The notes under the pieces were generated by a model that worked only from the letters and a program-made list of their open reading frames with translations, ran no database searches and had not been told where the DNA came from. Below, piece by piece: positions 19,443-27,083 of a DNA stretch of 27,083 bases. The position numbers were made by a program, and so were the translations under genes. How positions within the stretch are numbered: the stretch's first letter is position 1; every line of letters begins with the position of its first letter. Source of the DNA: Methanobrevibacter sp. (lineage in GTDB: Archaea; Methanobacteriota; Methanobacteria; Methanobacteriales; Methanobacteriaceae); the NCBI GenBank assembly GCA_009776495.1, contig WRNS01000001.1, positions 1 through 27,083 on the forward strand, given 5' to 3'.

Positions 19443-19646
19443 AAGTTATTAATATTTGAATCTAAATTGATAAAAAAGAATAAATAATTATTCCAATTAC
19501 AATTATTAAAAGATTAATAAGAAATTGAAATATGATGATGATAAATATGATGAATATTAGATATATTGAATGATTATTTACAAAAACTAATGAAATCATG
19601 ATTAAAAAAGTAAGAAAAATTTAAAACTAAAATATGGGGCAATAAA

Positions 19647-20786
19647 ATGACTGATTTTTCACTTGATGTTAAAGAAATAGAAAAAGAAGTAGAAGATACT
19701 ATCCAAACTGTAGAAAAAGATTCGCAAAATCCTGAAATTCAAAAACAAGCTGAAAATAATGCTGTTGCAATTTTTAAAACTGATTTCGATAATCCAACTG
19801 AAAGACAAAATATTTTAAAACCTTTAGATGACTTTGGACTTTCTGCAATATCTAGGTCTGCATCAAGAAATAAGCTTTTAGCCACTAGATTCGCTGATTT
19901 TTCCAAAGGAGGAGAGGATGCAGGAGATGTTGGAGAAAAATTATCTGAGTTAAATATGCAAATGAAAGATTTAGATCCTAGTATGCTCGATTTTGCTAAA
20001 AAAGGTTTTTTAGGAAACTTATTTAATCCAATAAGAAAATATTTTAACAGATATCAGAAAGCAGAAACTGCTATTGCAAATATTATAAAATCTCTGGATA
20101 TTGGTAGCAGAACATTACAGAATGACAATACAACCCTCCTTGCTGAAGAAGATCATTTAAGAGATTTAACAAAGAAACTTATTGCTGACATTGAATTGGG
20201 TAAGATGATGGATGAATCCATCGAAGCTCAAATTCGTAAAGCTGAGCTTGAAGAGGTTGAGGAAGCTAAAATTACATTTGTTCGTGAAGAAATATTGTTC
20301 CCACTCAGGCAAAGGATAATGGACATGCAACAGATGATAGTTACAAATCAACAAGGTATTGTGTCCTTAAATGTAATCAGGCGAAATAATAAAGAGCTTA
20401 TTCGAGGAGTTAGTCGTGCTAAAAATGTTACAGTAACTGCTCTAAGAACGGGTGTGATGGTTGCAAGTGCATTGTACAATCAAAAGATAGTTATTAAAAA
20501 AATTCAGATTCTTAATGAAAATACAGAGCACATAATCGAATCCACATCCAGAATGTTGCGTGAACAAGGAAGTGAAATACAAAAAACTAGTATGGAAACA
20601 ATGATTTCTCCAGAAGTTCTTAAAACGTCTTTTGTTAATGCTATTGCTGCAATAGATGATATAAGTAAATTTAAAGAACAATCTCTCCCTAAAATGCAGG
20701 AAACTATCAATCTATTTTATGAAATGGCTCAAGAAGGCCAAGAAGTCGTTGATAGAATTGAGATTGAAGGTGTTGGTCCTAGATAA
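19647..20786 (+). CDS. telA: Toxic anion resistance protein (TelA/KlaA family)
   Basis: 379 aa helical protein; DLDPS, NPIRKYF..YQ.AETAI, IRRNNKELIRGV.RA..VTV.AL...VMVA.AL.NQK.V motifs typical of TelA. Confidence 0.88.
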   Translation: MTDFSLDVKEIEKEVEDTIQTVEKDSQNPEIQKQAENNAVAIFKTDFDNPTERQNILKPLDDFGLSAISRSASRNKLLATRFADFSKGGEDAGDVGEKLSELNMQMKDLDPSMLDFAKKGFLGNLFNPIRKYFNRYQKAETAIANIIKSLDIGSRTLQNDNTTLLAEEDHLRDLTKKLIADIELGKMMDESIEAQIRKAELEEVEEAKITFVREEILFPLRQRIMDMQQMIVTNQQGIVSLNVIRRNNKELIRGVSRAKNVTVTALRTGVMVASALYNQKIVIKKIQILNENTEHIIESTSRMLREQGSEIQKTSMETMISPEVLKTSFVNAIAAIDDISKFKEQSLPKMQETINLFYEMAQEGQEVVDRIEIEGVGPR

Positions 20787-20808
20787 TTCTTTTTTCATTC
20801 TTTTCTTT
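20787..20808 (+). terminator. Candidate oligo(T) archaeal-type terminator after telA
   Basis: T-rich run TTCTTTTTTCATTCTTTTCTTT immediately after the stop codon. Confidence 0.35.
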
Positions 20809-20877
20809 ATAGTTTCGCACACCATTTTCACATGTAAAGTAACATATTTTAATAGTTAAAATTAAGGAAGGATATGC

Positions 20878-21021
20878 ATGGCAGAGCAAATTGAACCCAC
20901 ACCAACATTAAAGGGTAAACAAGCTTGTGAATTTATAAAAAAGATAAATACTCCACCTTCCAAAGAGAAAATTGCCTATATGAAAGAAACTAGAAAAAGG
21001 TTTGAGGTCGATTATAATTAA
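20878..21021 (+). CDS. 47-aa small protein MAEQIEPTPTLKGKQACEFIKKINTPPSKEKIAYMKETRKRFEVDYN (not in the ORF track)
   Basis: Hand-translated; purine-rich GGAAGGA upstream; resembles small MAxPIxxTPxLxGxxAxxF peptides. Confidence 0.6.
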   Translation: MAEQIEPTPTLKGKQACEFIKKINTPPSKEKIAYMKETRKRFEVDYN

Positions 21022-21467
21022 AAAAAATTCTTTATAATCACATTAATCAAAAAAAATAATATAAGATTAGTACCTAGTAGTACCGGTTTCGCAACTTACT
21101 GTTACAAGACATACTAGGCATTACCTAACTCTTATATTTAATATTACTTTATTCCACTTATATAAATTTTTGCATTTCCACCAACTCTGTTTGTGTTTTT
21201 TTTATTTTATTTAACAAATTCTTTTTTTATACAGATTTTGTGCGGATTTTAAATATTATTTTTCACATCCTTAGATAATTATGATTTTTATATAAACCAA
21301 ATATAAACTACCTATAATATAACAATCAATGCTTGTTAATTGGATAATAGTGTATGATAATAATTTTGACCAACAATCAAAAGGAATTTATCAAAAAGAA
21401 CTGAATAATTTTCTATATTATCTTGTTATGAAATTATATTGTATCTTTTTTTTCAAAGGATTAAACT

Positions 21468-21540
21468 AGTTTACATTTTTTGGGTATTTTAGTTTACATT
21501 TTTGGAGTGTTTTAGTTTACTCTTTAAAGATTTTGATTTT
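21468..21540 (+). repeat. 23-bp tandem array, upstream copy (AGTTTAC at 21468, 21491, 21514) plus shared tail AAGATTTTGATTTT
   Basis: Exact 23-bp spacing; same unit and same 3' tail as the array at 22974-23184. Confidence 0.85.
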
Positions 21541-21716
21541 AGAATAATTAATATTTTGAATTAGAATGTCAATTTTTCAAAAATTTTAAATATCATAAAA
21601 GAGACACTTATAATTGTAATTATTAAAATTTTTAAATAATAATCATGTATAAGTGTAATTTTTTAAATTTTCATGAAAATAACATTTATAAATGTAATTT
21701 TTTTTATTTGATTTAA

Positions 21717-22955
21717 ATGATTAAAAGAGAATTATATTTAAAAAAAATCAGGTCTTTAATAGGTAAAGACATTATAAAGGTTTTAACTGGAATTAGGAGA
21801 TGTGGGAAGTCTTCTATGTTAAAATTAATCATTGATGAATTAATAGAGGAAGGAATTAATAGAGAGAACATAATTTTAATTAACTTTGAATCTGCAAAAT
21901 ATATGGATATAGACTCTTCAGCTAAATTAAACAAATTAATTAAAAATTTAATATGTGATTTAAAAGGAACTATCTATCTATTCTTTGATGAAATACAAAA
22001 TGTTAAAAATTGGGAAAAATTAATAAATAGCTATAGGATAGATTTAGATGCAGAAATATTTATTACAGGTTCTAATGCTAATTTACTTTCAGGAGAATTA
22101 GCTACTCTTATAGCTGGAAGATATATTGAAATAAAAATCTACCCTTTCTCCTTTAAAGAATCATTAAAATTAAAAAAAGAGTATGACTCAAAAAAACATG
22201 GTCTGAAAAAGTATGACTCAAAAAAACATGATCTTAAAAAATTTTTCTTAGAATATTTAAAATATGGAGGTATGCCTTTAGTACTTCAATTGAATCCAAA
22301 TGAAAAAATAGATTACTTAAGAGACCTTTACAATTCTATCATTCTAAAAGATATTGTATATAGGAATAAGATTCGAGAAGTGGATTTATTTGATAAATTA
22401 ATTAAATTTTTAATGGATAATATTGGTCATACATTTTCTGCAAAAAGTATTTCAAAATTTTTCAAAAGTGAAAATAGGATAGTTTCACGAGATACTATCT
22501 ATAATTATTTGATATTTCTTCAAGATGCATGTTTAATACATAAAGTACAAAGAGAAGATTTAATCGGAAAAAAAATATTGAAAATACATGAAAAATATTA
22601 TTTCACTGATCATGGATTTAATGAAACAATAGCTGGAAAAAATACTGAAAATATAGCTCAAATCTTGGAAAATATTGTTTATATGGAATTTTTAAGACAT
22701 GGATATGAAATATATGTAGGAAAAATAAATAACTCTGAAATAGACTTTATATGTAAAAAATATGAAAGAACTATCTATGTTCAAGTATCTTATTTACTTG
22801 CCAGTAAAAAAACTGTTGAAAGGGAATTTAACTCTTTGTTAAAAATTAAAGATAACCATGAAAAGATAATTATTTCTATGGATGAAGTGAATTTCTCACA
22901 AAAAGGAATAAAACATTTAAATATAATAGATTTTTTAAAATCCAGTGATTTTTAA
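21717..22955 (+). CDS. AAA+ ATPase (AAA_14) with C-terminal DUF4143 domain
   Basis: 412 aa; Walker A GIRRCGKS, Walker B LFFDEIQ, ITGSNA, LAGRY, EIDFI and YVQVSY motifs. Confidence 0.9.
   Translation: MIKRELYLKKIRSLIGKDIIKVLTGIRRCGKSSMLKLIIDELIEEGINRENIILINFESAKYMDIDSSAKLNKLIKNLICDLKGTIYLFFDEIQNVKNWEKLINSYRIDLDAEIFITGSNANLLSGELATLIAGRYIEIKIYPFSFKESLKLKKEYDSKKHGLKKYDSKKHDLKKFFLEYLKYGGMPLVLQLNPNEKIDYLRDLYNSIILKDIVYRNKIREVDLFDKLIKFLMDNIGHTFSAKSISKFFKSENRIVSRDTIYNYLIFLQDACLIHKVQREDLIGKKILKIHEKYYFTDHGFNETIAGKNTENIAQILENIVYMEFLRHGYEIYVGKINNSEIDFICKKYERTIYVQVSYLLASKKTVEREFNSLLKIKDNHEKIIISMDEVNFSQKGIKHLNIIDFLKSSDF
22181..22240 (+). repeat. In-frame 30-bp tandem duplication inside the ATPase gene
   Basis: GTATGACTCAAAAAAACATGGTCTGAAAAA / GTATGACTCAAAAAAACATGATCTTAAAAA (2 mismatches), giving YDSKKHGLKK-YDSKKHDLKK. 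Confidence 0.9.
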
Positions 22956-22973
22956 TATATGATACTAATTCAC

Positions 22974-23184
22974 ATTTTACATTTTTTAAGTTTTTTAGTT
23001 TACATTTTTTGGGTTTTTTAGTTTACATTTTTCGAGTTTTTTAGTTTACATTTTTTGGGTTTTTTAGTTTACATTTTTCGAGTTTTTTAGTTTACATTTT
23101 TTGGGTATTTTAGTTTACATTTTTGGAGTTTTTTAGTTTACATTTTTTAAGTGTTTTAGTTTACAAATTTAAGATTTTGATTTT
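22974..23184 (+). repeat. 23-bp tandem array, downstream copy
   Basis: AGTTTACA at 22997, 23020, 23043, 23066, 23089, 23112, 23135, 23158 (period 23), with a degenerate unit at 22974; consensus roughly AGTTTACATTTTT(T/C/G)RRGT(T/A/G)TTTT. Confidence 0.92.
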
Positions 23185-23309
23185 TTAATATTTAACAACA
23201 AATATTTATATATGATTAAAAATAAAATTAGTATTAATTATTACTATCATAGAAAATATTATTAATTTTTAAAATAATTTTCAGATATTAAAAAAAATCA
23301 GGAGATATA

Positions 23310-24641
23310 ATGACAGCAGAAATAGCAATCTTAAACAAAAGTGCTGTAGTCTTAGCTGCAGATAGTGCAGGCACGATAGATTTAGGATTCAGAACACAAA
23401 TTGATAATTCAACTGATAAGCTTTTCATGCTTTCAAAAAAAGATCCTGTTGCCATAATGATTTATCAAAATTTATCTTTTGTAGGAGTTCCATTTGAAAC
23501 AATAATAAAAATGTATAGAAAAAAGTTATCAAACACAAGATTTAATACATTAAAAGAGTATTGTGATGATTTTTTAAAGTTTCTAATTTTTAATTTTAAA
23601 GGAAATGAAGAAGATCAAAAGTTAGATATTATAGCTAAATCTAGGAAACAAATTAAAGAGATATATGATTATAATCTTCTCTCATTAGAAAATTTCACAT
23701 CTGTTAAAAGATTTTTAGAGGAAGGAGGAGAGCTCACAGATGGCATATTTGAACCAAATTTTTTTGAATATAAAATAGATAAACAAATTGAGAATATTAA
23801 GAACAATATTTCAGATTCTTCAAAAAATTTTCCTAATGATTTATTTGTAGAAATACGCCAAAAGCATCGACAAACTATTAGAGGAGTAATTTCTACATTA
23901 AAACAAGAATTAAGTCATGAATCTTTTTTCAATGAAACACATGAAGATAAATTAATTGATTTAGCTTGTCTTTCTCTTTTGGAAAGTTATTCTGGAGTTG
24001 TTATATCTGGTTTTGGAAAAAATGATATTTTTCCTTCATTGGTTTCAACTACATTATACTCAATATATAATGATAAATTATATAAAATTGAAAATCAATC
24101 ATTCAATATAACTGAAGAAAATAATGCGGGAATTATTCCTTTCGCTCAAAAAGACATGGTAGAGACATTTTTAAACGGAGTTTCAAAGGATTTTTTAAAA
24201 GAAATAGAAGAATTCATTGAAAATAAAATTAAGGGATACTCTCAAATTATGAACTCTTCATTTGAAACCAGTGAGGGTAATGAAAAAACCATTGAAAAAC
24301 TAAATTATTTGAAACAAAAAATTGAAGATAGTTTTAGTACTTACAGTAAGGATTTCTTTGACAGTTATAATGAACTAATCTATAATGGTATTGAATCACA
24401 TATTGGTCCAATATTATTAGATATAATAAATTTACCTAAAAATGAAATGGCAGTATTAGCAGAATCATTAATTCATTTAATATCTTTAAAAAGAAAATTT
24501 TCATTAAATCAGGATGAAACAGTTGGTGGGAATATAGATGTTGCAATAATCTCTAAAGGAGATGGTTTTATTTGGGCAAATAGAAAACATTATTTTAATG
24601 CAGAACTTAACCCGCATTATATAAAAAACTATGGAAATTAA
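23310..24641 (+). CDS. Proteasome-beta/HslV-like N-terminal-threonine (Ntn) hydrolase with a large helical insertion
   Basis: Starts M-TAEIAILNKSAVVLAADS (Thr1, Asp17 after Met removal), Lys36 in TDKLF, C-terminal VGGNIDVAIISKGDG resembling the proteasome beta C-terminal strands. Confidence 0.7.
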   Translation: MTAEIAILNKSAVVLAADSAGTIDLGFRTQIDNSTDKLFMLSKKDPVAIMIYQNLSFVGVPFETIIKMYRKKLSNTRFNTLKEYCDDFLKFLIFNFKGNEEDQKLDIIAKSRKQIKEIYDYNLLSLENFTSVKRFLEEGGELTDGIFEPNFFEYKIDKQIENIKNNISDSSKNFPNDLFVEIRQKHRQTIRGVISTLKQELSHESFFNETHEDKLIDLACLSLLESYSGVVISGFGKNDIFPSLVSTTLYSIYNDKLYKIENQSFNITEENNAGIIPFAQKDMVETFLNGVSKDFLKEIEEFIENKIKGYSQIMNSSFETSEGNEKTIEKLNYLKQKIEDSFSTYSKDFFDSYNELIYNGIESHIGPILLDIINLPKNEMAVLAESLIHLISLKRKFSLNQDETVGGNIDVAIISKGDGFIWANRKHYFNAELNPHYIKNYGN

Positions 24642-24703
24642 TAGAAAAATTAATATGTTACCATACATAATTAATAAATAATAACAATTAACTTGGGATA
24701 AAA

Positions 24704-24832
24704 ATGATTAAATTAAAAAAAACTGTCATGGAAACTATTGAGTCTGCGATGAAAGAACCATCAGCTTTTAATGGGAAAAAAATCGCAGAAAAATCTACTA
24801 AAAAATTTTTAGAGGATTTAAACAAAGAATAA
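24704..24832 (+). CDS. 42-aa small ORF MIKLKKTVMETIESAMKEPSAFNGKKIAEKSTKKFLEDLNKE
   Basis: Hand-translated; GGGATA upstream; no recognised family. Confidence 0.35.
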   Translation: MIKLKKTVMETIESAMKEPSAFNGKKIAEKSTKKFLEDLNKE

Positions 24833-24897
24833 ATTATTTTAAATAGTTAATTATACGTGTTTAAATAGGTAATATTATTTTCACTCAAATATACATT

Positions 24898-25074
24898 TTA
24901 TCTATTCATTTTTGTTTTATTTTGGAAAATTTCGGTAGTATTCCAATCTTCTAAATCCGTAAAACTTTTATTTTCAGAGTCTCTCTTTAGAGCTTCAATA
25001 GAAATATATTTATTTTTAAACCCTTCAATTAGCTTTTTCTCATTTAATTCTCTTATTAGCTTTATTTTATTCAT
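24898..25074 (-). CDS. 58-aa small ORF MNKIKLIRELNEKKLIEGFKNKYISIEALKRDSENKSFTDLEDWNTTEIFQNKTKMNR
   Basis: Hand-translated; AAGGAT upstream on the minus strand; no recognised family. Confidence 0.35.
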   Translation of the reverse strand: MNKIKLIRELNEKKLIEGFKNKYISIEALKRDSENKSFTDLEDWNTTEIFQNKTKMNR

Positions 25075-25244
25075 ATTAATCCTTTGAAGTTTTTTTTGTA
25101 ATATTGAATCATTTTTTTTATCAAATGTATTTTAATTGTTAATTCTACTTCCTCTAATCGGATTGTTAGCAGAATTTCATTTTTGAAAAACTTTTATAAA
25201 ATTAATTTTTTTTTATTATTAAGAAATTAAAATTAGTGATAATT

Positions 25245-25647
25245 ATGGATGATGATGAACACTTAGAAAAGCTTGTTGAAGAAGAGTTTGGAAAGTTTAA
25301 CTATCATAAAATAATGAGAGAGGTCTTTGACTCCATAGAGCTTAAAGATGACAATCCCAATCTTAGAAAAAAGTTTACATTATTATTGATGCTTGTTTAG
25401 ATAAAGAGGCATATAAAATTTATCAACAACTTGATCTTATAATGGTTGATAAAGTTTTTGATAGAATAAATGAGGTAAATAGCTTTAAAATTGGTTATAA
25501 ATTAGGTAGACTAAAAACTACTGCTGATTATGGTTCAAATTAAAATTAATTCATGATTTAAAAAAATTAGAGAGTGATAATGAAAAAATTGCTGAATATA
25601 CTGATATTTCACTTGAAGAAATTGAAAATATAAAGGGGAATATTTAA
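25245..25647 (+). pseudogene. Frameshifted small acidic ORF(s), possibly a relic of an Rpn/PD-(D/E)XK transposase-like C-terminus
   Basis: ATG 25245 after AGTGAT stops at 25400; the -1 frame is open from the A6G tract (25367-25373) to TAA 25543; a third fragment encodes KKLESDNEKIAEYTDISLEEIENIKGNI ending at 25647. Confidence 0.4.
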
Positions 25648-25731
25648 AATTATTATTAAAAACTTATCAACTATTTCTAATTGTTAAAATTTTAACTAGG
25701 AGATAATTATTTTTAAGAGTAAATTAAGGAG

Positions 25732-26904
25732 GTGTTGGATATAGAGGAAATAATAAAATTAATCTTTAAAGCAGCTAGCCTAAGGAGATGGAATGATCAT
25801 ATTAGTCCAATTGAATTGGTGGAACTAGATAAACAAGCTCATAAGATGGTGATTGTATACACAATAGCTAAAATTCAAGAAGAAAATGAGGAAATTGATT
25901 GGGTTAAGCTAATTGAAAAATTCTTGTTTGAATTGTTTTATAGATTAGAATTAACCGATTTAAAACCTCAAATATTTCATGAAATGGTGAAAGAAAGAAA
26001 GGATGATCTGGATAAGTTTGTCTTGGATAACATAGCTTCTACCTTAGCTAATTTCAATAAAAGATTTTTTGAAAAATTTGAAAATTATATCCAAACAGAA
26101 GAGGAATGTATAGAGGATAGAATAATAGCTTCTGCACATTTTTTAGCTACAGATTGGGAATTTAATTTAATTTATCCTTCAAATTCTATGATTTATGGAA
26201 TTGATAAAACAAAAGATAGTATTGAAGAAAGAATAGAGGAACACTATGACTTATGGGGTGTAAAAGAACTCTTACTAAATAAAAAGATTTATGGTTTTGT
26301 GGACTTGTGTGGTCAGCTAAGATTTCAAAAAAGATGGTCCCATATTCCTCGTGTTCCTGAAACTTCTGTTTTAGGTCATATGTTAATGGTTGCTGTGATT
26401 AGCTATTTTTTAACCATCAACACATTAGAAAATCCCTCAAAGAAAAGAATTTATAATAACTTTTTTGCAGGATTATTCCATGATTTACCTGAAGTTTTGA
26501 CAAAAGATATCATATCCCCTATTAAAAAATCAGTTGGAGGGTTAAATGATTTAATAGGCAATTACGAGGAAAAAATGATGGAACAAGAGATTGAACCCTT
26601 AATTCCAAAATGGTATAATGAAATGTCTTTTTTAACCAAGGATGAATTTGAAAATAAAATTGTTAAAAATGGGAAGATAATTAAAAATATTCCATATGAA
26701 GAAATGGATAGCTATAATGAGGATAAATTTTCACCAGTGGATGGTGAGATAGTTGATTTTGCTGATAAATTATCAGCCCTCAGAGAAGCTACTGCTTCAG
26801 TTAAACATGGTTTAAAATCAGATGATCTTGAAGAAGCTATTAAAAATATTAAAGATGAGCTACTTTTAAAAAATAAGTTTGGTGTGAATATTGATAAAGT
26901 ATGA
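25732..26904 (+). CDS. HD-domain phosphohydrolase (YfbR/COG1896-like, duplicated-domain type)
   Basis: 390 aa; RRWND...ELDKQAHK first half, and RFQKRW...ETSVLGH...FHDLPE...DFADKLSA second half; strong GGAGGTG SD. Confidence 0.82.
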   Translation: MLDIEEIIKLIFKAASLRRWNDHISPIELVELDKQAHKMVIVYTIAKIQEENEEIDWVKLIEKFLFELFYRLELTDLKPQIFHEMVKERKDDLDKFVLDNIASTLANFNKRFFEKFENYIQTEEECIEDRIIASAHFLATDWEFNLIYPSNSMIYGIDKTKDSIEERIEEHYDLWGVKELLLNKKIYGFVDLCGQLRFQKRWSHIPRVPETSVLGHMLMVAVISYFLTINTLENPSKKRIYNNFFAGLFHDLPEVLTKDIISPIKKSVGGLNDLIGNYEEKMMEQEIEPLIPKWYNEMSFLTKDEFENKIVKNGKIIKNIPYEEMDSYNEDKFSPVDGEIVDFADKLSALREATASVKHGLKSDDLEEAIKNIKDELLLKNKFGVNIDKV

Positions 26905-27083
26905 TAATTTCTTGAAAAAGATAAAGCTATTGATAATCATATTTTTTTATTCAATTAATTAGATTGATTCATTTTTTAATTTTTTATATTTTTAAATTTA
27001 TTTTAGATAATATTTTTTATTTTTATAATTTTTTTTATTTTTAATTTATTTTAGAAAATATTTTTAATTTTTTATATTTTTTA

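Noticed and set aside
281-20710. Short antisense ORFs in the track (e.g. 281-517, 2366-2680, 6468-6779, 9982-10260, 11425-11748, 20442-20681)
   Set aside because: They fully overlap well-supported genes on the opposite strand or frame and have F/I/L/S-rich shadow composition.
21073-21118. Hammerhead ribozyme suggested by stem-GAAAC on the minus strand
   Set aside because: No CUGANGA core, and stem III would have no loop.
21330-21465. Possible relic of a second ATPase C-terminus (…DQQSKGIYQKELNNFL…) before the upstream array
   Set aside because: Similarity to FSQKGIKHLNIIDFL is too weak to support by eye.
22974-23184. 23-bp array as a CRISPR array
   Set aside because: The variable part is only about 4-5 nt and recurs between units; there are no unique spacers and no cas genes in the window.
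26940-27083. Quasi-repeated T-rich sequence at the window end
   Set aside because: Low complexity, truncated by the window edge, and no consistent period could be established.

Overview
A very AT-rich window that is most likely from a methanogenic archaeon (Methanobacteriales-like). This is inferred from GGTGA/GGAGGTG ribosome-binding sites and TTTATAT(A) TATA boxes, not proven. Positions 153-19442 hold a type 1 BREX anti-phage locus: brxA-brxB-brxC, a tyrosine recombinase, a full pglX on the minus strand, a headless second pglX on the plus strand, an AbrB-VapC toxin-antitoxin pair, pglZ and a strongly remodelled brxL. Three features stand out. (1) A 1415-bp segment carrying the pglX 5' half is bounded by a perfect 15-bp inverted repeat (CTAGATGTTAAAAAT, 8562-8576 and 9962-9976). 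Inverting it would join the N-terminus in frame to the alternative C-terminal cassette. (2) The adjacent recombinase appears split by a one-base shift in an A7 tract. (3) BrxL is a 1210-aa fusion: a DUF4145/HEPN-like domain, then a SeqA-C-like and a DpnI winged-helix-like methyl-DNA reader pair lying between in-frame direct repeats, then the BrxL AAA+ core, with a helical tail in place of the Lon-like domain, followed by telA. Downstream lie an AAA+/DUF4143 ATPase flanked by 23-bp tandem arrays, a proteasome-beta-like Thr protease, several small unannotated ORFs and an HD-domain gene. All domain assignments come from recalled family motifs and need HMM or structure searches.
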